Below, piece after piece: positions 48,280 through 58,616 of a stretch of 64,000 nt of DNA. Each line of letters starts with the position of its first letter. The stretch's first letter is position 1. The notes beneath the pieces were generated by a model that worked only from the letters and a program-made list of their open reading frames with translations, was not told the DNA's origin and searched no databases. The stretch is from Planctomycetota bacterium. GTDB lineage: Bacteria > Planctomycetota > B15-G4 > SIAN01. The translations under genes were made by a program, and so were the position numbers. Location: positions 40,875 through 104,874 of the forward strand of contig JANNXA010000045.1 in the NCBI GenBank assembly GCA_031409275.1. Reading direction: 5' to 3'.

Positions 48280-51200
48280 CTACTTCCGCGTGACCCAGAT
48301 CGGGCTGGTCCACGCCGTCTCGCCGTCGGCCTGGATGACACGCGCGTAGTAGCTGGTCGCGCCGGCGCCCACCTCGTCGTCGACCCACTCCTGAACCAGC
48401 TCACTCACCTCGAGGCCAGCCTGCTCGGCGACCGTCGTGTCGTAGCGCTCGCGAACCACGAGCTGCCAGCTGTCGTCGCGCAGACGCCCGGTGTAGCCGT
48501 CGGCCAGCAGTTTCGCGACCGAGACGCGGGCGACCTGGGCGCCTTGCGTCACCGTGACGATCGCATCGCGGCGCGCCCGCATCCGGAAGCGGTAACCATC
48601 GCGCCCGGCGGCGAACGCCGCCTTCGGCCAACGCAACTCGACCGCGCCATCGACGCCGAGGATCGACGGCTGGGTCGGATCGTTCGCCCGCCGCGAGCGG
48701 GACGGCGGCGCGATCAAGCGGCCGTCGTCGACGCGCAGCGAAACCACGAGATCGGTACGCAACGGCAGCGACTTCTGCGGCACCACGAATTCGATCGTGC
48801 AATCGGCCTGCGCCGGCTCGCGCTCCCGCCCGAGCCGTTTCCACGGCACGCCGTCACGCATCACCAGCACGTCGCGAATCGGTTGCAGCATGCGCGCCAC
48901 GAGGCGCACTCGCGGCGCCGCAGCGCAGGTCACCGACTCCCCCATCAGCGCGTCGTCGACGCGCAGTTCGAGGAAGAGGCCGCGCGCGGTGGCGCCGAAG
49001 GTGCGTCCCGCCTGCAGCGCCGCGAAGATCGCGGTGGGCGCGAGCGACTCCGCCAGGACGCCGGCGTAGGCCGCGCCGTTCCCGTGGTCGCTGCTGGCGA
49101 TGAAGCCGACGCCGCGCTGCGCTCGCACGGCGTCGACGGCGAAGCTGCCGTTCGCCAGCGCGCGCGACGACTGCCGCCAGCAGCCGTCGAACTCGAAGCT
49201 GCCGCGCAGCGATTGGTAGATCTCGAGGAGACGCGTCACGCGCGGATCGCACTGCTCGAAATCGACCCGCCGTCCGGGATCGGCGGAGGTGTGCGGGATC
49301 ACCAGCGCTCGTTCCGGGGGCAACTGCTGGCAGAGCCAGCGCAACGCGTTGGCCTCGTCCTGCGCGGAGAGCGCGAGCAGCGGCGCATCGTCGTCGGCGA
49401 AGATGACGTTCACGTGGCCCTGGCTGCGCGACGAACACTCGTAGCCGCACAACGGCAGCAGCGTCGACGTGCGCTCGAACGCGAGCAGCCGCTTGAGTCG
49501 CGCCCAAGCGCCCGGATCGAGGTGGCCCGCGTGGTCCGTGATGGCGATGAAATCGTCGCCGTAGACGTCGCGCGCGAAGGCGTAGCGATCTTCCGGCATC
49601 GGCTCGATGCCGCGACTGCAGCGCGAGAGCGAGGAGTGGCGGTGCAGGTCGCCGTAGTAGACGGTGAACGACTGCTCACCACGCGTCGCGACGTGGCGTC
49701 TGGCGCCAGTGACGTAGGCGTCCTCCGCTTGCGCCCCGGCGGGATGGAAATGGGGCAGCGAACGCTCGGCAGCGCGGGTCACCCACTTCGTCGTGCGCTC
49801 CGCTCCAGTCGTCACCGCGGTCGGCGCCGGCAATTCGAGGCGCCCGACCACGATCCCAGACGGTCCCATCCAGGTGGCGTACTCGTCGCCCTGCGCCTTC
49901 GCCAGCGCCTTGAGCGGCGCGGGCAGCGAGTTGGCGTTCCACAAGGAGCCCATCTTCATGCGATGGTCGGCCTGCGCCGCGGCCCACACGGCGCCGCCGA
50001 CCAGCGCCAGCGCGCCGCTCTCGCCATGCCCGGTGCTCGCCGCCAGTTCATGCGCCGGCGACCAGCCGTCGGACTCGAGCCATTGCAGCAGCAACGGGCT
50101 GCCCGAGCGACGATCGCGCGAGCGCGACTGCAACACGTAGCGATAGGCGACCACCGGACGACCGTGCGCGTCCACCAGCAATCGCGGCGCGCCACCTCCC
50201 CAGCCAAGGAGCGGCGCGCCCGGCACCGCGCCGTCGATCCAGCCGCCGCGGCCAGCCGCCACCTGCACGCCGCTGGCATCGCGGCGCGCCACCATGACGT
50301 GGACCGACCGCTCGCCGCGCCGACTGCCGGCCTGTTCCGGCGGCAGCGAATGGCCGCGCGCGCCATCGATCAGCCGATCCCAGGCAATCCACAACGAACC
50401 GTCGGGTGCGCCGGCAAGCGCCGGATGGAGGTCATCGGAAGCCGACTCCGCGGAGATCGACTCGACCGGCGCACCGTCGATCAGCGACTGCAGCAGCACC
50501 TCGTAGTCGCGTTCGACGTAGCTCGACCAGGCGACGAAGAGCGTGTCGCCGGCCCGCGCGAGCGCGGGATCGAGGTCGCTGCCGCCACCAGCGCCGACGA
50601 CGCGAATCGCCCCGAGCGCGCCAGCGGTGCAGGGTGCAACCACCACATCGAACGAGCCGCCGACCGCCGCGGCGCCCTCGACCCATTGCTCCCATGCGAG
50701 CACGAGAGTGCCATCGCTGGCGCAGGCGACGTCGGGATCGCGCGCCGGCGCACTCCCGCTGGTCAACCACTGCGTGGTGACGTCGTCCATCGCATCGAGT
50801 CGCGCCATTCGAAGCTGCGCGATGCCCGCGACGATCTCGCTCCAGAAGACGTGCAGGTCGCCGGTGCCATCGAGCGCGGCGCACGGCGCGCTGCAGAGCG
50901 CGGGCACGGTCGAGAGGTCGATCGGATCGGCCGGCGCGCCCGTTTCCGACACGCGGCGCGCCGCGATGACGTCGCCCACGCCGCCGCGCCATTCGTGATC
51001 GATCAACCAGGCGCCGCCGTCCGCGCACGCCACGAGGACGGGGGCGCTGCGCTCGCGGTCGAAGCTCTCGACTCGGGCAAGCGATGGCCACGCCAACGGG
51101 GTCGGCACCTCGCGTTCGACGAGATCGTCGGCGCCATCGCCATCGCCTCCGCCACTGTCGCCGTCGCGGCCTCCGGTCGCCCCCTCGTCCTGCGCCAACG

Positions 51201-51339
51201 TCGAATCCACGGCGCCATTCGCATTCGCAACCGGCGCGCGCCACCACAACGGCGCGACCGAAATCGCGAGCGGCAGCAGCAGGAACGCGCGGCGAAGCAG
51301 CGCTCGACGTGGGAGACTCGCGCCCAAACTGCCCTCCAT
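48280..51339 (-). CDS. Large exported protein: N-terminal beta-propeller-like repeats plus PHP-fold (DUF3604-like) metallohydrolase
   Basis: YYGDLHRHS, DFIAITDH, GYE, GH.N, IPH, LLEIYQ, GFIASSDH, YYARVIQADG..AWTSPIWV. Start approximate. Confidence 0.7.
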   Translation of the reverse strand: MEGSLGASLPRRALLRRAFLLLPLAISVAPLWWRAPVANANGAVDSTLAQDEGATGGRDGDSGGGDGDGADDLVEREVPTPLAWPSLARVESFDRERSAPVLVACADGGAWLIDHEWRGGVGDVIAARRVSETGAPADPIDLSTVPALCSAPCAALDGTGDLHVFWSEIVAGIAQLRMARLDAMDDVTTQWLTSGSAPARDPDVACASDGTLVLAWEQWVEGAAAVGGSFDVVVAPCTAGALGAIRVVGAGGGSDLDPALARAGDTLFVAWSSYVERDYEVLLQSLIDGAPVESISAESASDDLHPALAGAPDGSLWIAWDRLIDGARGHSLPPEQAGSRRGERSVHVMVARRDASGVQVAAGRGGWIDGAVPGAPLLGWGGGAPRLLVDAHGRPVVAYRYVLQSRSRDRRSGSPLLLQWLESDGWSPAHELAASTGHGESGALALVGGAVWAAAQADHRMKMGSLWNANSLPAPLKALAKAQGDEYATWMGPSGIVVGRLELPAPTAVTTGAERTTKWVTRAAERSLPHFHPAGAQAEDAYVTGARRHVATRGEQSFTVYYGDLHRHSSLSRCSRGIEPMPEDRYAFARDVYGDDFIAITDHAGHLDPGAWARLKRLLAFERTSTLLPLCGYECSSRSQGHVNVIFADDDAPLLALSAQDEANALRWLCQQLPPERALVIPHTSADPGRRVDFEQCDPRVTRLLEIYQSLRGSFEFDGCWRQSSRALANGSFAVDAVRAQRGVGFIASSDHGNGAAYAGVLAESLAPTAIFAALQAGRTFGATARGLFLELRVDDALMGESVTCAAAPRVRLVARMLQPIRDVLVMRDGVPWKRLGREREPAQADCTIEFVVPQKSLPLRTDLVVSLRVDDGRLIAPPSRSRRANDPTQPSILGVDGAVELRWPKAAFAAGRDGYRFRMRARRDAIVTVTQGAQVARVSVAKLLADGYTGRLRDDSWQLVVRERYDTTVAEQAGLEVSELVQEWVDDEVGAGATSYYARVIQADGETAWTSPIWVTRK

Positions 51340-51432
51340 CCGATGGCTTGGCCGAGCGCGGCGCGGCTTGCACCGTGTTGCAGCGAGGGGCAATCTACGC
51401 GGCCTCTTCCCCGATCGGCAGGAGTCCTCGCG

Positions 51433-51864
51433 ATGCCCTACTTGAACGTCCCTCCCGTCCAAGCGAAGGAACTGCTCGATCAGGGCGATGGATGGATCTA
51501 CGTCGACGTCCGCACCGAAGCGGAGTTCGCGCAGGGTCACCCGACCGGTGCCCGCAACATCCCGATCGCGACGGGAGCGCCGCCGAACCTGGTGATGAAC
51601 GCCGAGTTCCTCGCCGTCGTGAAGGCGAACTTCAAGAAGGACGCCAAGCTCCTCTTTGGTTGCGCTTCGGGCGGCCGCTCGGCGCGCGCGTGCGAGGTGG
51701 CCGCCAATGCCGGCTACCTCGCGCTCGCCAACATGACCGGTGGCTTCCACGGCTCGCGCTCACCGCTCGGCGTGACGGAGAAAGGCTGGGCCGCGCTCGG
51801 CCTTCCCACCGCCACCACCGCCGGTCCCGGCTGCAGCTACGAGGCGCTGCGCCGCAACGTGTAG
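51433..51864 (+). CDS. Rhodanese-like domain protein
   Basis: YVDVRTEAEFAQGHP.GA.NIP, GCASGGRS, NMTGG; RBS AGGAG. Confidence 0.9.
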   Translation: MPYLNVPPVQAKELLDQGDGWIYVDVRTEAEFAQGHPTGARNIPIATGAPPNLVMNAEFLAVVKANFKKDAKLLFGCASGGRSARACEVAANAGYLALANMTGGFHGSRSPLGVTEKGWAALGLPTATTAGPGCSYEALRRNV

Positions 51865-51986
51865 TGCCGCGACGGCGATCGGAGGACGACGCCGAGGATC
51901 CCGTGCTTGCACGGCCCTCTCCTGCCGGCAAACTCGCCGCCCCGACTGCGGGAATCGAGACGCGCCGACGAACGGAAGGGCCCACC

Positions 51987-53516
51987 ATGCATCCGCTGCT
52001 GCAATCGCTCGGAGTCGCCGACCCTGCGCCGGGAGTGATCTGCGGCGAGCGCCGCGGCGGCAGCGGAGCACTGCTCGAATCGTCCGACCCGTCGACCGGA
52101 AAGTTGCTCGGCCGCGTCCGTCAGGCGACGCGCGCCGAGTACGACGAGGTGGTCGCGCGAACGGCCGCCGCCTTCGTGAAGTGGCGCACCGTGCCGGCGC
52201 CGCAGCGCGGCGAGATCGTTCGCCAGATCGGCGAGGAGCTGCGACGCGTCAAGGAACCGCTCGGCCGGCTCGTCACCGCCGAATGCGGCAAGCTGCTCAC
52301 CGAAGGGCTCGGCGAAGTGCAGGAGATGATCGACATCGCCGACTTCGCCGTCGGCCTGTCGCGTCAGCTCTATGGGCTGTCGATGCACTCGGAGCGACCG
52401 TCCCATCGCATGTACGAGCAGTGGCATCCGCTCGGCGTGGTGGGGATCATCACGGCGTTCAACTTCCCCGCCGCGGTGTGGAGCTGGAACGCGATGCTCG
52501 CCGCCGTCTGCGGCGACACGATGGTCTGGAAGCCGTCGCCCAAGACTCCGCTCACCGCCATCGCCGTGCAGCAGATCGCGAGCGAGGTGCTGGCGCGCCA
52601 CGGCCATCCCGACGTCATGAGCCTGCTGGTCGGCGAAGTGGCCGACGTCGGCGAGCCGATGCTCGACGATCGGCGCGTGCCGCTCGTCTCGGCGACGGGC
52701 AGCTGCGCGATGGGCCGCATCGTCGGGGAGCGCGTCGCTCGCCGCTTCGGGCGCACGCTGCTCGAACTCGGCGGCAACAACGCGATCGTGGTGCTCGACG
52801 ACGCCGACCTCGACCTCGCGTTGCGCGCCATCGCCTTCGGCGCGGTCGGCACGGCTGGCCAGCGCTGCACGACGACCCGCCGCGTCTACCTGCAGAAGGG
52901 GATTGCGGCGGCGCTCACTGCGCGACTCGTGAAGGCGTACGCCACCTTCAAGCTCGGCGATCCGCAGGTGACCGGGACGCTGGTCGGACCGCTGATCGAT
53001 CGCGCGGCGGTGACGGGCTACGAGCAGGCGTTGGCGCAGATCCGCGCGCAAGGGGGTGAAGTGCTCTGCGGCGCGAAGGTGCTGGCGGGCCCGGGCTTCG
53101 AGTCGGGCTGCTTCGTGGCGCCGACGCTGGTGCGTGCGCGCCACGACCTGCCGCAGCTCCAGCACGAGGTCTTCGCGCCGATCACCTACCTGATCGAGGT
53201 CGCCGACGTGGAGGAGGCGATCCGCTGCAACAACGCGGTGCCGCAGGGGCTCTCCTCGGCGATCTTCACGCTGAACCTGCGCCACGCCGAGCGCTTCCTC
53301 TCTGCTGCCGGCAGCGACTGCGGCATCGCGAACGTCAACATCGGCACCAGCGGCGCCGAGATCGGTGGCGCGTTCGGCGGGGAGAAGGAGACGGGCGGCG
53401 GACGCGAAGCGGGCAGCGACTCGTGGAAGGCTTACATGCGCCGCCAGACCTGCACCATCAACTTCGGCACGTCGCTGCCGCTCGCGCAGGGCGTCCAGTT
53501 CGAGGTCGGCAGTTGA
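51987..53516 (+). CDS. Aldehyde dehydrogenase, ALDH7/piperideine-6-carboxylate dehydrogenase type
   Basis: ITAFNFP, WKPSPK, LELGGNN, TAGQRCTT, SGAEIGGAFGGEKETGGGRE.GSDSWK.Y, LPLAQG. Confidence 0.92.
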   Translation: MHPLLQSLGVADPAPGVICGERRGGSGALLESSDPSTGKLLGRVRQATRAEYDEVVARTAAAFVKWRTVPAPQRGEIVRQIGEELRRVKEPLGRLVTAECGKLLTEGLGEVQEMIDIADFAVGLSRQLYGLSMHSERPSHRMYEQWHPLGVVGIITAFNFPAAVWSWNAMLAAVCGDTMVWKPSPKTPLTAIAVQQIASEVLARHGHPDVMSLLVGEVADVGEPMLDDRRVPLVSATGSCAMGRIVGERVARRFGRTLLELGGNNAIVVLDDADLDLALRAIAFGAVGTAGQRCTTTRRVYLQKGIAAALTARLVKAYATFKLGDPQVTGTLVGPLIDRAAVTGYEQALAQIRAQGGEVLCGAKVLAGPGFESGCFVAPTLVRARHDLPQLQHEVFAPITYLIEVADVEEAIRCNNAVPQGLSSAIFTLNLRHAERFLSAAGSDCGIANVNIGTSGAEIGGAFGGEKETGGGREAGSDSWKAYMRRQTCTINFGTSLPLAQGVQFEVGS

Positions 53517-54100
53517 GCCGCGCCACTCGTCTCGCGGCCGCGGCGGCGGCGCTCGCGTTCCTGCTCGGCGCGTTGGCGTTGAGCTTCTGGGTGGCGACGA
53601 AGAACTTCGCCATCTCCGATCCGGCGAAGACACCGCGCACCGCTGAAGTGCTGGCGATGACGCAGATCGAGGGCGATCAGTCGCGCGAGATGTTCTCGCG
53701 CTACTTCGCCTCGGAGAGCAACCGCGCGCTCTTCGCGTTCATGGGGCCGACGCAGGTCGTCGCGGCGCTGCTCGCCTTCGCGCTCGCCTTCGGGGCGGTC
53801 AAGGGGCAGCGGCGCGGCAAGGTGGTGCGTGCCCTGCTGGCGCTGGTGGCGGTCGTCGCGATCGCGCTGGCGCCGCTGGTCCCGAAGATGATCGAGTCGG
53901 GCCGCGCCATCGACTTCGTGCCGCGCGTCCCAGTCACGCCGGAGCGCGCCGACTTCATGAAGTGGCACGGGATCTACATGGCGGGCAACGCCGCGCTGAT
54001 GGTCGCGGCGCTGGGGTTGGTGGTGTTGCTGGTGGCGGCCGCCTCGCAAGGCAACCGCCACCCCGAAGATCCCGCGAATGGCGCCAGACGAGCGGGCTGA
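53513..54100 (+). CDS. Hypothetical integral membrane protein (about 4 TM helices)
   Basis: TTG overlapping the ALDH stop codon; four hydrophobic segments. Confidence 0.6.
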   Translation: MSRATRLAAAAAALAFLLGALALSFWVATKNFAISDPAKTPRTAEVLAMTQIEGDQSREMFSRYFASESNRALFAFMGPTQVVAALLAFALAFGAVKGQRRGKVVRALLALVAVVAIALAPLVPKMIESGRAIDFVPRVPVTPERADFMKWHGIYMAGNAALMVAALGLVVLLVAAASQGNRHPEDPANGARRAG

Positions 54101-54118
54101 CCGCGTCGCCCACGACGA

Positions 54119-55795
54119 TCAGCGCCCGACGATCAGCGCGAGACCCTTCGTGAACGAGACGCCTTTCGTGGCGCCGGGGTCGACTTCGAGCACCTGCACG
54201 TTGAGCGTGTAACCGGCGAGCGTGCAGTCGTAGGGCACCGTCTCGGTGATGGTCGAGCCGTTCCTGGCCACCGTCAGGCTGAACGACCCGATCGGGTCGA
54301 CCAGCAGCGTGCCGCCGAGCGACGTCGGCACCGAGATCTGCGTGATGCCATACAAGACCACGCCGAGCGTCGGCGCGCCGAGCGAGTTGCCGATCACGAG
54401 GTCGATGTCGCTGCCGAGGTCGGGATCGCTGTTCAACTTGATGGTCGGCACGCCGTTGGTCCCGGCCCAGCCGCTGCCGTACTTGCTCCACGACGCGATC
54501 GGGCAGTTCGTGAAGTCGGAACTGAAGGCGTCGCGGACTCCGTTGCCGTCGGCCGGATCGAGGTTGGTCGCGCCGCCAAGGAAGGCGACGACGAGGCCGT
54601 CGTCGGAGAGGCGCGCGCGGTAGCACTCGATGTCGGCGACGACGCCGTCGCAGCTCAGGCTGACCAGGGTCGTCGTGCCGGTCGGAACGTCGTAGAGGTA
54701 GATGTCGGCGTGGCCGTTGGGGTCGAGCAGCGAGAGGTTCTTGGCGCGCGACTCGAAAGCGATGGCGAGACCGTCCACGGAAATCGTCGGGTCCCAGCTG
54801 TCGCCGTTCGTCTCGCCGTTGGTGCCGCGATTGATGCGCGTGGTCGTCCCGGCGTTGCGGTCGCGCACGAAGATGTCGTACTTCTTGTTGGTGTCTCCGC
54901 TCACGAGATTCGTCGCGGCGGAGTCGAAGACGATCAAGCCGGCGTCGGCGGTCATGCTCGCGCCGATGATGGACGTGCCGTTCGACTGGACGCCGCCGGA
55001 CGAGAGCGTGATCAGCTCGGTCGTGGCGAGCGTCCGATCGTAGAGGAAGAGGTCGTAGGCGCCGTTCGTGTCGCCGGCCACCAGGTTGCTCGCGTCGCTG
55101 ACGAAGAGCACGTAGCGGCCGTCGTTGCTGACGTCGTACGCGAAGCTGAAGCCGTTCGCATCGACTCCGCCGATCCCGACGGAGATTCGCTCCGTGGTCA
55201 GCGCCTGCGTGTCGCGCAGGAACACGTCGAGCATGCCATTGCCGTCGCCCGCCACGAGGTTGGTCGCGTCGCTGTTGAACGCGACGTAGCGCCCATCGGA
55301 GGAGATCCGCCCGGAGCTGGAGGAGCCGTTCCCCTCGACGCCGGCCGTCGAGACGCTGGCGCGCGTCGTGACGGCGCCGGTCCGGTCACGCACGAAGAGG
55401 TCGTACTGTCCGTTCGTGTCGCCTGGAACCAGATCGTTCGCATCGGACGAGAAGGCCAGGTAGCGGCCATCGCCCGAGAGCTCGCCCAGCACCGCGGAGG
55501 CAAGGCTGACCGCTCCCGCCGTGGTCACGACGGGGTCCTCGATCGCCCCCGTCGAGCGAACCTTCAAGTAGATGTGGGTCGCGCCGTTGGGCCCCGGCAA
55601 GAAAGCGTAGTTGGCGACCGCGAAGGCGACGACATCGCCGTCCCCCGAGATCACGACGTCCCAAGGTGATTCGTCCACCTGGGTTCCATCGGGCATCGCA
55701 CTCGCGAGGCGCAGTTCCTGCGCGGGCGCCGTCGCGGTGCCAACCGCGATCAGTAGCCCGCACGTCCCGAGTCCGCGATGCTGGATGGCTGTCAT
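54119..55795 (-). CDS. Secreted TolB-like beta-propeller repeat protein
   Basis: Repeated S.DGRY.AF.S.A.NLV.GDTNG..D.F..DR units; signal peptide; C-terminal extension. Confidence 0.85.
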   Translation of the reverse strand: MTAIQHRGLGTCGLLIAVGTATAPAQELRLASAMPDGTQVDESPWDVVISGDGDVVAFAVANYAFLPGPNGATHIYLKVRSTGAIEDPVVTTAGAVSLASAVLGELSGDGRYLAFSSDANDLVPGDTNGQYDLFVRDRTGAVTTRASVSTAGVEGNGSSSSGRISSDGRYVAFNSDATNLVAGDGNGMLDVFLRDTQALTTERISVGIGGVDANGFSFAYDVSNDGRYVLFVSDASNLVAGDTNGAYDLFLYDRTLATTELITLSSGGVQSNGTSIIGASMTADAGLIVFDSAATNLVSGDTNKKYDIFVRDRNAGTTTRINRGTNGETNGDSWDPTISVDGLAIAFESRAKNLSLLDPNGHADIYLYDVPTGTTTLVSLSCDGVVADIECYRARLSDDGLVVAFLGGATNLDPADGNGVRDAFSSDFTNCPIASWSKYGSGWAGTNGVPTIKLNSDPDLGSDIDLVIGNSLGAPTLGVVLYGITQISVPTSLGGTLLVDPIGSFSLTVARNGSTITETVPYDCTLAGYTLNVQVLEVDPGATKGVSFTKGLALIVGR

Positions 55796-55864
55796 CGACT
55801 GACCTCCTTCTCACCGCTTGGAACGAAGAGCCGCACCACGCGACGTTTCATAGCACCGTGACGA

Positions 55865-55892
55865 TTGAGCGCGCCGTTTCGCCCCGCATAAT
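55865..55892 (+). promoter_or_regulatory. Putative sigma-70 promoter of acs
   Basis: TTGAGC-N16-CATAAT about 60 nt upstream of the start. Confidence 0.4.
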
Positions 55893-55949
55893 CCCCCGTC
55901 CGCCGCCGGCGCCGCGCACGGCGGTGCCCCTCTCCTCCGGAGCGACCTC

Positions 55950-57914
55950 TTGTCCAGCCCCTCCGCATCGGCCGGCGACCTCTTTCCACCGCCGCCGGCC
56001 TTCGCCGCGAACGCCCGCGTCGGCAGCCTGGAGAAGCTGCGCCAGCTCTACGCCGAGTCGGTCACCAGTCCCGACACCTTCTGGGCGCGGCAGGCCGAGC
56101 GGCTCCACTGGTTCCAGCGCTGGAGCAAGGTGAGCGAGGCCGACTTCACCACGGCTCGCTTCCGCTGGTTCGAGGGCGGCAAGCTGAACGCCTGCTTCAA
56201 CTGCGTCGATCGCCACGTCGACGCCGGCTTCGGGAACCAAGTCGCGATCGTCTGGGAGGGCGACGACCCAACCCGCGACGCTCGCATCACCTACGGCGAG
56301 CTCAAGCGCCGCGTCAGCCGCTTCGCCAACGTCCTGAAGAAACACGGAGTGGCGAAGGGCGATCGCGTCTGCATCTACCTGCCGATGATCCCCGAGCTCG
56401 CCATCGCGCTGCTGGCGTGCGCCCGCATCGGCGCGGTCCACTCGGTCGTCTTCGGCGGCTTCTCGGCGCACGCGCTGCGCGACCGCATCCAGGACGCCGG
56501 TGCCAGGCTGCTGATCACCGCCGACGAGGGAATGCGCGGCGGCAAGGCGATCGCCCTGAAGCGCATCGCTGACGAGGCCGTCGCCGAATGCCCGACGCTC
56601 ACGCGCGTGCTGGTCAAGCAGCACACCGGCAAGTGGGTGCCGACGCAGGATGGGCGCGACTTCTGGCTCGATGAAGAGCTGAAGGATGCCGCGATCTCGG
56701 ACGATTGTCCGTGCGAGCCGATGGACGCCGAAGACCCGCTCTTCATCCTCTACACGTCGGGATCGACCGGGAAGCCGAAGGGAGTGCTGCATACCACCGG
56801 CGGCTACCTCGTCTACGCGAGCTACACCCACGAGATCGTCTTCGACCACCGCCCCGGCGACGTCTACTGGTGCACCGCCGACATCGGCTGGATCACCGGC
56901 CACAGCTACATCGTCTACGGACCTCTGGCCAACCGCGCGACCACGCTGCTCTACGAAGGCGTGCCGCATCACCCCGACTTCGGACGCTTCTGGGACGTCG
57001 TCGACAAGCACGCGGTGTCGGTCTTCTACACGGCCCCCACCGCGCTGCGGGCGCTGATGCAGCAGGGTGAAGCGCCGGTGCAGTCGCGCAGTCGCAAGTC
57101 GCTGCGATTGCTCGGCACGGTCGGCGAGCCGATCAACCCCGAAGTGTGGCGCTGGTACCACCGCGTGGTCGGTGACAGCCGCTGCCCGATCGTCGACACG
57201 TGGTGGCAGACCGAAACCGGCGGCATCCTGATCGCGCCGCTGCCGGGCGCCGTCGCGCAGAAGCCGGGCTCGGCGACGCTGCCGCTGCCGGGAGTGCGGC
57301 CGCTGTTGGTCGATGACGATGGCAAGGAGGTCCGCGGCGATGGCGAAGTGGCCGGCAACCTCTGCCTGGTCGCGCCGTGGCCGGGAATGATGCGCACCGT
57401 ATGGGGTGACCACGCGCGCTTCGTCGAAACCTACTTCAAGCGCTTCCCTGGCAAGTACTTCACCGGCGACGGCGCGCGCCGCGACCTCGACGGTTACTGG
57501 TGGATCACCGGGCGCGTCGACGACGTGCTGAACGTCAGCGGCCATCGACTCGGCACCGCGGAACTCGAGAGCGCGCTGCTGACCCACGGCGCCGTCGCCG
57601 AAGCGGCGGTGGTCGGCTTCCCGCACGAGCTCAGGGGCGAGGGGATCTACGCCTTCGTGATCTTGAAGTCGGGCCAGCAGGGCGACGACGCGCTCGGGCA
57701 AGCGCTGAAGGAAGCGGTGCGCCGCGAGATCGGGCCGATCGCGACGCCCGATCGCATCCACTTCGTGCCGGGACTGCCCAAGACCCGCAGCGGCAAGATC
57801 ATGCGCCGCCTCCTGCGCAAGATCGCGCGCGGCGAGACCGGCGACCTCGGCGACACGACGACGCTCGCCGACCCCAACGTCGTCGCGCAGATCGTCGCGG
57901 GCCTGCCGCGATGA
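55950..57914 (+). CDS. acs: Acetyl-CoA synthetase
   Basis: [50 protein letters not shown]. Confidence 0.96.
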   Translation: MSSPSASAGDLFPPPPAFAANARVGSLEKLRQLYAESVTSPDTFWARQAERLHWFQRWSKVSEADFTTARFRWFEGGKLNACFNCVDRHVDAGFGNQVAIVWEGDDPTRDARITYGELKRRVSRFANVLKKHGVAKGDRVCIYLPMIPELAIALLACARIGAVHSVVFGGFSAHALRDRIQDAGARLLITADEGMRGGKAIALKRIADEAVAECPTLTRVLVKQHTGKWVPTQDGRDFWLDEELKDAAISDDCPCEPMDAEDPLFILYTSGSTGKPKGVLHTTGGYLVYASYTHEIVFDHRPGDVYWCTADIGWITGHSYIVYGPLANRATTLLYEGVPHHPDFGRFWDVVDKHAVSVFYTAPTALRALMQQGEAPVQSRSRKSLRLLGTVGEPINPEVWRWYHRVVGDSRCPIVDTWWQTETGGILIAPLPGAVAQKPGSATLPLPGVRPLLVDDDGKEVRGDGEVAGNLCLVAPWPGMMRTVWGDHARFVETYFKRFPGKYFTGDGARRDLDGYWWITGRVDDVLNVSGHRLGTAELESALLTHGAVAEAAVVGFPHELRGEGIYAFVILKSGQQGDDALGQALKEAVRREIGPIATPDRIHFVPGLPKTRSGKIMRRLLRKIARGETGDLGDTTTLADPNVVAQIVAGLPR

Positions 57915-58273
57915 GCCCCGCAACGCCGCTCGAGCAGCGCTTGTTCATCGGCACGCACGGCTACGTCGCCGCGCTCGAGCAAGCCACGGGCAAGGAGCTG
58001 TGGCGCACGAGCCTTCCCGACACCGGCTTCTCGATCGTCACGCTCCTGTTCGAGAACGGCTGGCTCTTCGCCGCGAGCGGCGGCCACTGCTTTGCGCTCG
58101 ACCCGGAGAGCGGCGCGATCGCATGGCACAACGAGCTGAAGGGCCTTGGGCAAGGGGCGCTGTGCCTCGCGACAACGCGCACGGCGATGAACTCCGGCGC
58201 CGATCCGGTTCCGCAGGTCGTCGCCGCGCAGCAGCAGGCGGCCGCCGCCAGCACCGGTGCCACGACCCACTGA
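57911..58273 (+). CDS. Small PQQ-like beta-propeller repeat protein
   Basis: ATG overlaps the acs [17 protein letters not shown] and [12 protein letters not shown] repeats. Confidence 0.75.
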   Translation: MSPATPLEQRLFIGTHGYVAALEQATGKELWRTSLPDTGFSIVTLLFENGWLFAASGGHCFALDPESGAIAWHNELKGLGQGALCLATTRTAMNSGADPVPQVVAAQQQAAAASTGATTH

Positions 58274-58390
58274 GAGCCTGAGAAGGAATCCCTCCCGTCG
58301 CCCGACTCGCGGCGTTGCGCCTCGTCGGCGCGCGTTGCCATGCGGGCGCGGAGCTTCGTCGCGCTCGGTCCGGGATTCCATCTCACGCTC
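58274..58390. mobile_element. MITE-like element A (117 bp)
   Basis: Terminal inverted repeats GAGCCTGAGAAGGAATCCC and reverse complement GAGCGTGAGATGGAATCCC (17/19); flanked by TGA at 58271-58273 and 58391-58393. Confidence 0.65.
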
Positions 58391-58616
58391 TGAACGGGAC
58401 GCCTCGCCCGACACGCAGCGGTCTGCGTGGCGCAACCGCCGGAATGTTCTGCGCGTCGGCGCGACTCGGCCGCGCCGACTCCCACTCCAGAAAAGAAGTG
58501 GCGAGCGACGGGCAACGGCTTGAACGCGATGCGAACCGATCGAAGGCTCCACATCGGCGACATCCTGACGAGACGAAGTGGCTCGTGACGGCGTCGCCCA
58601 TTCGGAGCCAGAAACG

